Shown here: positions 1 to 8,661 of the stretch, in pieces | Layout of the letters: each line of letters starts with the position of its first letter | Position numbering within the stretch: position 1 is the first letter of the stretch | Virus record (IMG/VR): IMGVR_UViG_2860209820_000001 | DNA from: a virus | Reading direction: 5' to 3' (one strand) | Length of the DNA stretch: 64,000 nt | Translations under genes and position numbers: made by a program | Notes under the pieces: model-generated | What the model saw: only the letters and a program-made list of their open reading frames with translations | Told to the model about the DNA's origin: nothing | The model's database searches: none

Positions 1-260
1 TGCATTTCCTGCATAAGTTGGTCACCACCATCAACGCCTTGCTGCGCATGGATTTGCGGTGATTTCAGACCGCTTTGATCACCACCAGAAACAGGCGGTT
101 CGGGCTGCGGCGCGGCGGCGAGATAGGCGACGATCGCAGCGCGCACAGTTTTCTCACATTCTTCATCGTGATCGCCGCACATATCGATGGGACAATCAAG
201 ATAAGCCTTGTAGGCAGCCTCAAGCGCGGCTTCATCCAGCCGGTATCCGGGCGCGGTCAT
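1..260 (-). CDS. hypothetical phage protein, partial (runs off left edge)
   Basis: Manual translation MTAPGYRLDEAALEAAYKAYLDCPIDMCG...; ATGA overlap with the stop of 257..472. Confidence 0.55.
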   Translation of the reverse strand, partial: MTAPGYRLDEAALEAAYKAYLDCPIDMCGDHDEECEKTVRAAIVAYLAAAPQPEPPVSGGDQSGLKSPQIHAQQGVDGGDQLMQEM

Positions 261-472
261 AGCCTTTCATCCTCCCTGCGAAGCGCTTCCCTTCCAGCGT
301 CGGTCAGCTTTTCGTCTCTGATGAGCCCCCTCCGGTAGAGCGCAACAAACGTTCCGCTAAGACCGCCGCTCATAGACCGTCCGCCGGGAAATCCGTCCGT
401 TGCCGATCGGCCTGCCCCGATGTTTCTCAGAACCTTGAGCATGGTATTGCTAAGGCGACGTGGCGCGGTCAT
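257..472 (-). CDS. hypothetical phage protein
   Basis: 71 aa ORF translationally coupled on both sides in the leftward operon. Confidence 0.55.
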   Translation of the reverse strand: MTAPRRLSNTMLKVLRNIGAGRSATDGFPGGRSMSGGLSGTFVALYRRGLIRDEKLTDAGREALRREDERL

Positions 473-1308
473 TACTTCCCCTCCGGCTTGCTGAGGGCGG
501 CGGGCGCGATCGTGAACGGGTCGATTTTGGCGAACAGCCCTATGGAAATCTCGTCGGGATCATCTGTCGGCATATCCTCAAGGCGCCAGTGCTCTTCATT
601 GAGGCCCGGAGTGATGATCAGATGGCCGTGAGGGCCATACAGCCTTCCGTGGTAGGCTTCTCCATCAACGGGTTCGCTGTCCTCCACATCCAGCGACGGC
701 TCGGGCTTGGGCGGGTGCGAAACACCCATGCCGGCGCGCTTGCGCCTGGCTATCGCGGCAACATAACGTTCCCGTTCATCGGCTATCCGCTCTCCGCGCT
801 GATGCAGCATCATGGCGAGGTTGCCGACATCCAGAGGATCGCCTTTATCGACGTGCTCAACGAGAAGCAGAGACAGATATTCGCCGCTGCACTGCGCCGG
901 GTCATCCCAGCCGCTTCGTCCCTCGGTGCGCTTCTGTGCAAGTTTGGCCTTCATCGCGGCGGCAAAGCGGTTAACGGCCAAGTCGTCAGGGTGCGCATCC
1001 GTCACAACCTCGGTGCGCCTATCACACGGTTCGCAGCGCGTCTCGTCCGTCGGGTAGCCAACAGGCGGGCAGTCAGAGCAGCGCGACGCCTCGGCGCGTT
1101 CCGCCTCGCGACCGGCATCGCGCCCCCGCTCGATTGCATTAGCGAACCAGCCAATAAGCCAGTCTTCATCCATATCGGAATATCCGAGACGCTTGGCTAT
1201 GGTTCTAAACTCATGCGCCCATTTAGCGGCGTCTAGACCAATGCGTTCAAGAAAATCGCCATCGCTTTCTGACGCAAAATCAGCGCTCTCTTTGTCTGTG
1301 TTGGTCAT
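472..1308 (-). CDS. phage Eaa/Ea22-like accessory protein
   Basis: Contains HPDDLAVNRFAAAMKAKL...GWDD...HVDKGDPLDVGNLAMML, a common phage early-region domain; start set at MTNTD overlapping the upstream stop. Confidence 0.6.
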   Translation of the reverse strand: MTNTDKESADFASESDGDFLERIGLDAAKWAHEFRTIAKRLGYSDMDEDWLIGWFANAIERGRDAGREAERAEASRCSDCPPVGYPTDETRCEPCDRRTEVVTDAHPDDLAVNRFAAAMKAKLAQKRTEGRSGWDDPAQCSGEYLSLLLVEHVDKGDPLDVGNLAMMLHQRGERIADERERYVAAIARRKRAGMGVSHPPKPEPSLDVEDSEPVDGEAYHGRLYGPHGHLIITPGLNEEHWRLEDMPTDDPDEISIGLFAKIDPFTIAPAALSKPEGK

Positions 1309-1547
1309 GGGGTGTCCTCCGATTGAGTGCGCGTCCATTTCCAATGGTTCCGGGCATAGACAATCCACAAGGCGAAGTTCATAGGGATGAGGCCCCATGT
1401 CTTCGTTGCCACTATCCAGAACAGCCATAGCGCCTGCGCCAATAGGCCGACTGCCCATGCATTCCGAGATCGGTTGCCAGCAAGGATGGTCATGTAGATG
1501 GTGATGGCCGATAGCAGCCACGGCATAAGTTCGATTGCTGCGCTCAT
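1305..1547 (-). CDS. small membrane protein, PnuC-like
   Basis: 80 aa, three hydrophobic Trp-rich segments (WLLSAITIY, AWAVGLLAQALW, WGLIPMNFALWIVY). Confidence 0.5.
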   Translation of the reverse strand: MSAAIELMPWLLSAITIYMTILAGNRSRNAWAVGLLAQALWLFWIVATKTWGLIPMNFALWIVYARNHWKWTRTQSEDTP

Positions 1548-1921
1548 GGCTTCTTCTCCGCGAGGGCTTCGATGGCTTTGGCGATGCGATGGCCCGCCTG
1601 TTCTTGAAGTGAACCGGCACGCTCATCAGCGTCAGTGTCGGCAATAGCCTTGCACTCCGCATACGCCTCGCGCTTTGCTCGATCTAAGATGCTGTTGAAA
1701 TAAGCATCACTGGTCTGCTGAGCCTGCTCCATAAGCCTGATCGACGTTCCTGTTACCGGCACATCAGTAGCGGCGGGAAGGGCGCGGGAGGCGAGGGTGA
1801 GAAGGTCGCCTGAAGCCTTGTCCAGAGCCTCAAGCCAGATCGCGTATTCCCTGGTTGTGCCAGCGCGAGCTACCGCCGCCTCACGCAGGCGCTGCAACTC
1901 CGCAATTTTATGGGGTGTCAT
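1544..1921 (-). CDS. hypothetical phage protein
   Basis: 125 aa ORF coupled to the downstream gene. Confidence 0.55.
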   Translation of the reverse strand: MTPHKIAELQRLREAAVARAGTTREYAIWLEALDKASGDLLTLASRALPAATDVPVTGTSIRLMEQAQQTSDAYFNSILDRAKREAYAECKAIADTDADERAGSLQEQAGHRIAKAIEALAEKKP

Positions 1922-1924
1922 CTG

Positions 1925-2236
1925 TCACTCTCCGGGGCCGGCTTTGTCGATGGTCGCGCGAATCCGGCTGTAAACTATGGCGGAAATATCCTTGGCAATT
2001 ACGTCGCCTTTCCCCTCTCGGGATCTGGCTGACCTGCCGTCTCCTATATCGACGAAGTACGAGTGGCTTCGGTCGCAGAATGCGTCGAATAGGCGTGCGT
2101 CATCATCAAGAACGGACTTCGCAGCTTCATGCGCGCTCTTCCCAGACATAAAATGAGGAAGCATGCGCATTGCAAAAGCTTTCTCGGATTCGCTAAGCCC
2201 CGTGGGCGCCATTTCCGTCGCTCCAATCATGTGCAT
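1925..2236 (-). CDS. hypothetical phage protein
   Basis: 103 aa ORF immediately downstream of a consensus-like promoter. Confidence 0.55.
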   Translation of the reverse strand: MHMIGATEMAPTGLSESEKAFAMRMLPHFMSGKSAHEAAKSVLDDDARLFDAFCDRSHSYFVDIGDGRSARSREGKGDVIAKDISAIVYSRIRATIDKAGPGE

Positions 2237-2318
2237 GATTGAAATTATAACGTGTGCATGTTATTGTCAATATCATGCACACGAAAAAGGTGCCGCTTGA
2301 CTCACATTCATGCACACG
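2229..2318. promoter_or_regulatory. leftward sigma70-like promoter with four CATGCACAC(G/T) operator-like boxes
   Basis: Minus strand TTGACA (2270-2265) N15 TATAAT (2249-2244); inverted pair cgtgtgcatg 2251-2260 / catgcacacg 2274-2283; further copies 2309-2318 and 2229-2237 (partial). Confidence 0.6.
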
Positions 2319-2332
2319 ATACGCCTCGACGC

Positions 2333-2521
2333 ATGGGGCGGAAGAAACTCTGGGCCGAACGCGTTCACGTGACCCTCGCCGAGGGCGTAAAAGACCGCAT
2401 CAAAGCGGCTCTTGAGCCGGGCGAGGATTCCCTAGACCTTATCAGGGACGCTATAGAGCGGGAGCTTCGGCGCCGCGATCGTGCAAAGAAACCTGATGCC
2501 GTACCCACGAGAAATACTTGA
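2333..2521 (+). CDS. ribbon-helix-helix DNA-binding protein (CopG/Arc-like)
   Basis: MGRKKLWAERVHVTLAEGVKDRIKAAL...LDLIRDAIERELRRR fits a beta-strand plus two helices; start uncertain. Confidence 0.6.
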   Translation: MGRKKLWAERVHVTLAEGVKDRIKAALEPGEDSLDLIRDAIERELRRRDRAKKPDAVPTRNT

Positions 2522-2592
2522 GGTGGGATCCTTCTTGCTTACAGATTGAAGCCGCACCACCACGCGCCGCAACTCCGCGATCTCATCAGCGG

Positions 2593-2982
2593 TCATAGCC
2601 CAGGCCTCACGTCGATGTCGGGGATGATGACGGAAGGCTTGAAGATGACCCGGTACCGATAGACGTTCGCTTGGGCCGCCTCGATCTGCTCAGCGAAGTA
2701 AGTCACGTTGTCAGAAAGGCCGAGGAAGTGCTTCTTGAAGGTTCCGGGACCGGTCTTGCAAGTAACTGTCAGCTCACGGGACTTGTCGGCGTTTCCGAGA
2801 GAGCAAAGGCCCTCCATGGTCAGCATGTAGTCGCCGGTGATCCCGTTGTAGAAGACGATCCGTCGGCTAATCTCAAATTGGTCAGCGGCTTTCGATAGGT
2901 TTCGGGATGCTACATTCGCATCGCTGTCGCATGCGGATAAGACTGTCAGCGCAAAAAGCGCTGTGATGACGCTCTTATTCAT
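2593..2982 (-). CDS. phage lipoprotein
   Basis: Signal peptide with lipobox LSAC; DADVASRNLS-type N-terminus and RRIVFYNGITG motif seen in phage lipoproteins. Confidence 0.7.
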   Translation of the reverse strand: MNKSVITALFALTVLSACDSDANVASRNLSKAADQFEISRRIVFYNGITGDYMLTMEGLCSLGNADKSRELTVTCKTGPGTFKKHFLGLSDNVTYFAEQIEAAQANVYRYRVIFKPSVIIPDIDVRPGL

Positions 2983-3277
2983 TGGTCGTTTCCTTGTATG
3001 GGGAGGAGTCTGTCGTCGGGCATTTGAAGCACTTGCCCCCAGGCCATGACCCGCAACGGCATGGACCGATCACATCACCTGCCGGATAGTTCGGCACCAC
3101 CATCCCCTCACCATCCATCAGCGCCATTGCTGCGGTGTCGGTGAGGTTGAGGGCTTTGAGGGCGGTGGATGCGAGATGCAGGTAGATTTCCTTCAGATCA
3201 GGGAACTCGCTTTCCCATGTGAATGCTTCATTCGCAGCGGAATGCAGCGCCATCGCCAGCCGCTCACGCGCTTCCAT
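2975..3277 (-). CDS. hypothetical protein with Cys-rich C-terminus
   Basis: Start MEARERL after GGAGG RBS; CRCGSWPGGKCFKC. Confidence 0.5.
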   Translation of the reverse strand: MEARERLAMALHSAANEAFTWESEFPDLKEIYLHLASTALKALNLTDTAAMALMDGEGMVVPNYPAGDVIGPCRCGSWPGGKCFKCPTTDSSPYKETTNE

Positions 3278-3566
3278 GGCTGGCCTCCATAGGGATCTCG
3301 GCGCCGAGTTGGCGAAGACGGCGCTCGCAGGCGGCCACACGCTGATCGGCGTCTTGACGGATAAGTGCGGCGACGCGATTGCCAAGGTCAGAGGTGACGT
3401 AGCTGCTAATATTGATCTGCTCGTCGCTATACCCGCCCGGTCGCTGCATGAAGGCCGCGACGCTCACTCGGTTCATTTTCCCGCTGATAGACTTCCTGTG
3501 AGCCCTGGCAGTCTTCAGCGCCTCGATCGCTGCCAGCACTTCCTTGACGTACTTCTCAGTTATCAT
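3264..3566 (-). CDS. hypothetical phage protein
   Basis: Start MITEKY after GGAGG RBS; overlaps neighbours. Confidence 0.5.
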   Translation of the reverse strand: MITEKYVKEVLAAIEALKTARAHRKSISGKMNRVSVAAFMQRPGGYSDEQINISSYVTSDLGNRVAALIRQDADQRVAACERRLRQLGAEIPMEASHGSA

Positions 3567-3891
3567 GGCTGGCCTCCAGCTTGGAGAGGAGGAAGTACCC
3601 GCGCGACACAAGAGGATTGTTGTGAGCCTCTGGGAATCTCGCAGTGAGACTGTCTAAGAGCTCCCGCAACACCCCCACCACCTCATCGAAATGATTGACG
3701 GCTTCGACAATAAGGGCGGCGTTGGCGCGGCTCTCTGCGTCTATATCGGCGCGGAATCCAAGCTCGCGCGACACAATGGCCAGCCTAGTATCTTCAATGA
3801 GCTTGAGCGTTGTTATCTCAAGGACCTCATCAAAGGTATCCTCGACAACAATCCACGGCCTCGGCGTGGCCTCGCGTGTGTCAGTCGGCAT
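3556..3891 (-). CDS. hypothetical phage protein
   Basis: MPTDTREATPRPW...ANAALIVEAVN resembles a frequent phage early-protein motif. Confidence 0.55.
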   Translation of the reverse strand: MPTDTREATPRPWIVVEDTFDEVLEITTLKLIEDTRLAIVSRELGFRADIDAESRANAALIVEAVNHFDEVVGVLRELLDSLTARFPEAHNNPLVSRGYFLLSKLEASHDN

Positions 3892-4579
3892 GCTCAGCCT
3901 CCATCTGATCGATGTTGCAGCGGTGGACGGTGAAGGTGTAGGCGGCAACCCATGGGTTCGCGTCCCAAGCGTCGATACCGCCATGGATGTCGCTCCAAAG
4001 GGCGAGAAAGTTGCCCCGCCCGGTGGACATGTGCCAGAAGTCGCCATGCACGGGTGGCGGACGCTGTGCGAGCTCGTTGTTGGTGGCGACCTGTTCCGAC
4101 GTCAGTCCGCACCCCTCGGCGATCGCATCTTCTTCGCTGATGTCCTGGAGACGTTGGACGCGGACGTCTGTCACGATCAGCGTCAGGCGGGAGAATTCGC
4201 GAGGTAGATGGATAGACGACCACCAGCCATCGATACTTTGATGTCCATCCGACCGGTAGATTATTTCCTCCTCGAACAGGCGGGAGCGAGCATCAGCAAT
4301 CGTCCAGCCGTGAACCATGCAAGCCGTCCACGTCTCGCGCACCCATAGGCGGTCGCCGATGGCATAGGAAAGGCGCTTGATCAGTTCCCCGTTGCGCAGA
4401 TCGTGCCAGCGCATTGCGGCATCGCGAAAGTGCCAGTCATAGCCACGCGTATCGGACGGGCCGAATTCGCTGAAAGACCGATGCCCGCGCATTTTGAGAA
4501 CCCTTCGCGTCTGCGTCTTGCGACCTTCAAGCAAGGCGCGGACCATAGGCGCGGAAAAGAGGATAGGACGATCAGCCAT
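3881..4579 (-). CDS. ASCH/PUA-like domain phage protein
   Basis: RPILFSAPMVRALLEGRKTQTRR, GDRLWVRETW, SIHLPREFSRLTL, NPWVAAYTF. Confidence 0.75.
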   Translation of the reverse strand: MADRPILFSAPMVRALLEGRKTQTRRVLKMRGHRSFSEFGPSDTRGYDWHFRDAAMRWHDLRNGELIKRLSYAIGDRLWVRETWTACMVHGWTIADARSRLFEEEIIYRSDGHQSIDGWWSSIHLPREFSRLTLIVTDVRVQRLQDISEEDAIAEGCGLTSEQVATNNELAQRPPPVHGDFWHMSTGRGNFLALWSDIHGGIDAWDANPWVAAYTFTVHRCNIDQMEAEHAD

Positions 4580-4647
4580 CCGCCTTCTCCATCTGCGCAA
4601 TCAAAGCCCGGAACAGTGCGGTGAGGAGGGCGAGGGGTGGGGTGGGG

Positions 4648-5214
4648 CTAGACATCGCAGCCATCCGCCTTGGCCACGGCGGCGCGCTGAAGCGTTTGCC
4701 AGTAGTAGGACACCCATTGCGCCTGAAAGACGGCGTCATCGAGAGCCTGATGATGCGTCCCGGCCCTTGGATGAGGAAAGGCCGCTATGTCACCCGCGAT
4801 ATCTTTGATCGTGCGGCAATCGCGCACGTTAAAGAACCGCCATGGCGATGCTTGCCCGGTGATTTTGGGGAAGGCGTAATCCAGAATGGCGATGTCGAAT
4901 GTTGCGCCGTTGCCCCATGGCTTTATCCTGTCGCCGCGCGTCAAGCAAAAAGCCCTAAATGCGTCGAAGACTTCCTTGGAGCTTTTGTTGCCTGCGATAG
5001 CAGCAGCCCTGGCGTCGTCGCCCTGCATCATCCAGAACTTGATCGTCGACCCGCTAGGGTGGCCATATCGGCAAGCGTCCTCGATATCGATCGCGTCATA
5101 GAATCGCTCGCCAATCTCGCCCGTAGAGGGCTCGAAGAAGACCGCCCCGATTGCCAGAACCGGCGCGTCATACGACGTGCCCATGGTCTCCAAATCGACC
5201 ATCAGGTGCAGCAT
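4648..5214 (-). CDS. 3'-5' exonuclease (DEDDh, Rv2179c/ExoVIII-like)
   Basis: HLMVDLETMG, WGNGATFD, RDCRT, HQALDDA motifs. Confidence 0.8.
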   Translation of the reverse strand: MLHLMVDLETMGTSYDAPVLAIGAVFFEPSTGEIGERFYDAIDIEDACRYGHPSGSTIKFWMMQGDDARAAAIAGNKSSKEVFDAFRAFCLTRGDRIKPWGNGATFDIAILDYAFPKITGQASPWRFFNVRDCRTIKDIAGDIAAFPHPRAGTHHQALDDAVFQAQWVSYYWQTLQRAAVAKADGCDV

Positions 5215-5318
5215 CGGCTCGCCGCCCGATGTGGTCGCGTGTTCTGCTCTTAACCCTCCCATCACACACCTCTTCCGTCTGCGCCTAAGCCGCGCCAGCA
5301 AAACCAATTTTCCGTGTT

Positions 5319-5456
5319 TCAGACGTCCCAGTCGGGATCAAGCATGCGGTTGCGGCTGTGCCACCAGTCTCGGACAGCACGAACCGCAGCCGCCGCACAG
5401 GCGCCAGCTAAGAACGCTATCCCCATTAGCGCCGCGGCGCCCTGTTCAGTGGCCAT
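5319..5456 (-). CDS. small membrane protein
   Basis: Manual translation MATEQGAAALMGIAFLAGACAAAAVRAVRDWWHSRNRMLDPDWDV; overlaps the upstream stop. Confidence 0.4.
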   Translation of the reverse strand: MATEQGAAALMGIAFLAGACAAAAVRAVRDWWHSRNRMLDPDWDV

Positions 5457-5955
5457 CCCCGAACCTCCGGACATAGCGGGCAGCGAGAATGGCCGCGTCG
5501 ATGTCGTCGATCCGCTGCTCGGCGGGAACGCGCCTTGCGTTGGGCTCGCGGCGGCGTTCGTGGGGAATGCGTTGGAGTTCGTGGGATCTTAATTTGCACA
5601 GCCTGCGGATCGCGTCTGCGGATCCAAGCGAGACATGTTCGCCATTGAACAAGTGCCGGATGCCAGCGCGGCTATCAATGAAGTCTCGCGCCACGCCTTT
5701 GTGGAGACTAATTTCGCTCATCCTGCGGCGGCGCGGATCTCCACCACGGAGAGCCTTCGAGATCGTAGAGTGATCGAACCCAAGCCGCCGTGCCATTTCG
5801 CGAAGCGACAACCGCGAGTTCTGTCTTAATCTCCGGAATAGATCGTGCCTCGCTTCGACCAGTCCTGTAGTCCGCTCCGCGGACAACAGGAGATCGGTGG
5901 GAAATCCGTACTCAGCCGAAACGGCCTGCACGGTATCGCGCATCACGGGAGTCAT
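5446..5955 (-). CDS. DnaA C-terminal (domain IV)-like HTH protein
   Basis: VSAEYGFPTDLLLSAERTTGLVEARH...LSLREMARRLGFDHSTISKA mirrors the DnaA_C pattern. Confidence 0.6.
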   Translation of the reverse strand: MTPVMRDTVQAVSAEYGFPTDLLLSAERTTGLVEARHDLFRRLRQNSRLSLREMARRLGFDHSTISKALRGGDPRRRRMSEISLHKGVARDFIDSRAGIRHLFNGEHVSLGSADAIRRLCKLRSHELQRIPHERRREPNARRVPAEQRIDDIDAAILAARYVRRFGDGH

Positions 5956-6242
5956 GAAACCCTCCCGTTGCGCTTCGCCGAGCAATAATCGAGTAAATTG
6001 ATATAGCCGTCGACAATATGTTCGTTATGAAAACCACGGGCGAGGGTCTTGGCGACTTCCACCGAGCCCACGTAAGACACTATCGTCAGGCCATCCTCGA
6101 GCCTGATCTCCAATTGCGGGCCAATTGCCTTGACCTCTACGCCCTTGTTCACGGTGGATTCTCCTGCCGGTAATCTTCTTGTTGGGGTGGCTGGCGGGAG
6201 AGGTCTTCTTCTGGGGGTGGGGTGGGTGGTTGCTTCCATCAT
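5952..6242 (-). CDS. hypothetical protein, first gene of the PL operon
   Basis: ORF begins about 30 nt downstream of PL. Confidence 0.5.
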   Translation of the reverse strand: MMEATTHPTPRRRPLPPATPTRRLPAGESTVNKGVEVKAIGPQLEIRLEDGLTIVSYVGSVEVAKTLARGFHNEHIVDGYINLLDYCSAKRNGRVS

Positions 6243-6271
6243 CGCTTTGTCCTCTGTGCTGCGATGAACAC

Positions 6272-6312
6272 AAGCTAACAAGCGAATCAGATTCTGTCAA
6301 CAAGTGATTGTA
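6272..6312 (-). promoter_or_regulatory. PL promoter with repressor operator
   Basis: Minus strand TTGACA (6300-6295) N17 TAGCTT (6277-6272); AACAAGtgATTGTA (6299-6312) resembles the palindrome at 7123-7136. Confidence 0.6.
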
Positions 6313-6323
6313 TCGACGGCTTG

Positions 6324-7043
6324 TTATGACAAGCCGGGCACGACGATCTTATGGAGTGCTACCACCTCGTCGCCGTCGAACTCGAGATCCTCGTCGGGAT
6401 TGAACTGATGCAGAATGAGCATGCCGCGGTCCCATCCCTTGTACTGCTTAATGTAGCCGTGAGGCTCGAAGTCGCCCGGCCTCTTGACCTGCGCGACGAC
6501 GAAATCGTTGGGCGACGGGGGCTTATGGGGATGGATGTAGACCCGCTCACCTGGAAAATATCGCGGCACCATCGATTCGCCATCGACATAAAGCGCGTAG
6601 GCGCCGTCAACGCTCTCGAGCCATGGCGGGCAGGGAACGCGCTCTATAATGTCGCCCATGATTATGAAGCCCCGGCCAGGCGCGCCTCCGGCCGCATGTC
6701 CCAGTACGGGAATAGTGCGTATCACGCCCCCCATGGGCGTCAGATTGGCCGCCCGCCCGGCATTCGGCGCGGGAACTCGTGACGACGAATCAGACGCAAG
6801 GGTTAGGTGGCTGCCCTTTATCCTCCCGTCCTCGGCCTTCGCCTGGTCCATCAGGGTTTTGAGGTCCTGGAGGGGGATGTCGAGCGCTGCGGCGATTCGC
6901 TTCCAGCTCGTTGTGGGGGCCTTTGTCCGCCCTGATTCGATCAGCCCAACGGCCTGTTGGCTGATTCCAACCGCCTCCGCCAGCTGGGCCTGAGTCATCC
7001 CCTTGGCCTCACGCGCCCGGCGCACCACATCCGCAAGTGTCAT
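6324..7043 (-). CDS. cI: CI-like repressor (HTH_XRE plus S24 peptidase)
   Basis: HTH GMTQAQLAEAVGISQQAVGLIESG; S24 motifs VDGESMVPRY and YIKQY; flanked by divergent promoters. Confidence 0.9.
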   Translation of the reverse strand: MTLADVVRRAREAKGMTQAQLAEAVGISQQAVGLIESGRTKAPTTSWKRIAAALDIPLQDLKTLMDQAKAEDGRIKGSHLTLASDSSSRVPAPNAGRAANLTPMGGVIRTIPVLGHAAGGAPGRGFIIMGDIIERVPCPPWLESVDGAYALYVDGESMVPRYFPGERVYIHPHKPPSPNDFVVAQVKRPGDFEPHGYIKQYKGWDRGMLILHQFNPDEDLEFDGDEVVALHKIVVPGLS

Positions 7044-7113
7044 TTTAATAAATCCTGGCAATAACTTGGTGCAACTCTCATAGGCCCAACAAGTCTTTTG
7101 GGCAAGCAAGTGG

Positions 7114-7143
7114 TTGACATCTAACAAGCGCTTGTTGTAAGTT
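7114..7143 (+). promoter_or_regulatory. PR promoter with perfect palindromic operator AACAAGCGCTTGTT
   Basis: TTGACA 7114-7119, TAAGTT 7138-7143, palindrome 7123-7136 between them. Confidence 0.65.
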
Positions 7144-7373
7144 GCGTCATCCCTTGTTGCAAAGGCCGCACCTGATGAGACAGAGCCAGATCCGTACCGG
7201 TTTTGATTTCCGCACAAGGCGTTCCCGCGCCGTGAACTTTGGCCCCAGGCCGACACGCGACGAAGATGGGCACCAGCCCGCCGTCGACCCCGACTTCGAC
7301 CGCCAAGGCGGCCGGGTCTCCCTCTCGCCCGACACAGGGCGCCGCCTCGCCGCACGTCGGCTGGAGGCTTGAG

Positions 7374-8096
7374 ATGGGCAACGCAGTCTCCTCCTTTGAA
7401 TTCGCCATCGACACGCAGAGTCATAATGTACGTGTGGTCGATATCGACGGCGCGCCGTGGTTCGTGGCGGCCGATGTATGTCGGGCGCTGGACCTGCGGC
7501 CTGGGCGACGGGGCGAGTACACTCGCCACCTGGTCAAGCTAGCAGCTGATGAACGAACGCCGATACCCCCCAATCAGATTGGGGGGATACATCACCCCAT
7601 TTCGATCATCTCCGAATCCGGTCTCTACAAACTCATCATGCGCTCGGACAAGCCGCAGGCCCGGTCGTTTCAGGACTGGGTGACCCGCACGGTGCTCCCC
7701 GCCATCCGCAAAGACGGCGCTTACATCAAGGGCGAGGAGAAAGTCGCTTCAGGCGAACTCTCGGATGACGAGTTTGTTCTTCGCGCCATCACCCTCCTGC
7801 AGACGAAGGTCGAGCGACTGACGGCTGAACGCGATGCGCTCGCAGCCCAATCTGCCTTTATGACATTGGACCAATATCGGGCAGCCAGCCGAGCGTCATG
7901 GCATTGGAGCTACAGGCGAGCCCTTGCCGCGGCGGCATGCAAGCTAGCCCGAGAGCGCGGCATCAAACTCGAGAAGCACACCCGCGAATATACGCGGGAC
8001 GGGCAGAAGCTCACGGGCGCTGTCAACATTTATCCGCGCGGATTGCTCGACGAGGCACGTCACAAGGTTGGCGAGCCGGCTCAGTTCGCGGCATAG
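7374..8096 (+). CDS. Bro-N domain antirepressor
   Basis: VRVVDIDGAPWFVAADVCRAL, IISESGLYKLIMRSDKPQARSFQDWVTRTVLPAIRKDGAY. Confidence 0.9.
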   Translation: MGNAVSSFEFAIDTQSHNVRVVDIDGAPWFVAADVCRALDLRPGRRGEYTRHLVKLAADERTPIPPNQIGGIHHPISIISESGLYKLIMRSDKPQARSFQDWVTRTVLPAIRKDGAYIKGEEKVASGELSDDEFVLRAITLLQTKVERLTAERDALAAQSAFMTLDQYRAASRASWHWSYRRALAAAACKLARERGIKLEKHTREYTRDGQKLTGAVNIYPRGLLDEARHKVGEPAQFAA

Positions 8097-8110
8097 AGAA
8101 AGACAACCAA

Positions 8111-8656
8111 ATGACAGCTGCACCAGACCTGAGATTACATCCGATCGAGCCTGAGAGCGCGACCAGTATCGCCGCACGTCTTTTGGATGAATGCGGCGGA
8201 GACCGCTCGGCCGCGTCAAAGAAACTGACCTCGGTGGCACGTCGCCGCAAAGACTGGCACGAGGATATTTTTCGCCGATGGGCGGACGTTGCAATAGGCG
8301 AAGCGGCTCGCGCCCGAAACGAGGCTATTCGGACGCCTCTTCGCGTTGAGCCCACGCCTAATAGCCTAAACAGGGCGCGGACCAGAGCAGCGCGCTTTGG
8401 AGCGGCGGTGACCCACAGCATCCTCGACTACGAGCTCCGCCTGAACGGCAAGTCCATTTTGCTGAAGAACGCGACCGGCGAAGAAGTGCTTGCTGTCGCC
8501 CATCACTACCTCTCGCAGGGCACGACCATGATCCGCACAGGGCGATGGCTCGAGCGCGTTGCAGCATCTGTGCCGGACGGCAAGCGCGTCGGCGAGGTCA
8601 TGGGCGTGAAGGAATTGGAGAGGTTGCAGGCCACCTCTCGGAAGGAAGCCGCATGA
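8111..8656 (+). CDS. conserved-looking hypothetical protein directly upstream of the TIGR-like array
   Basis: 181 aa; SILDYELRLNGKSILLKNATGEEV...; stop is 5 nt before unit 1. Confidence 0.65.
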   Translation: MTAAPDLRLHPIEPESATSIAARLLDECGGDRSAASKKLTSVARRRKDWHEDIFRRWADVAIGEAARARNEAIRTPLRVEPTPNSLNRARTRAARFGAAVTHSILDYELRLNGKSILLKNATGEEVLAVAHHYLSQGTTMIRTGRWLERVAASVPDGKRVGEVMGVKELERLQATSRKEAA

Positions 8657-8661
8657 GCGGC

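Noticed and set aside
4598-4615. Possible self-target of unit 2: caatcaaag-cccggaaca versus predicted caattcaac-cccggaaca (15/18; spacer B half perfect)
   Set aside because: A rough estimate gives about 0.5 such matches by chance for 12 guides over both strands of 64 kb. I found no perfect self-target by eye, but the search was not exhaustive.
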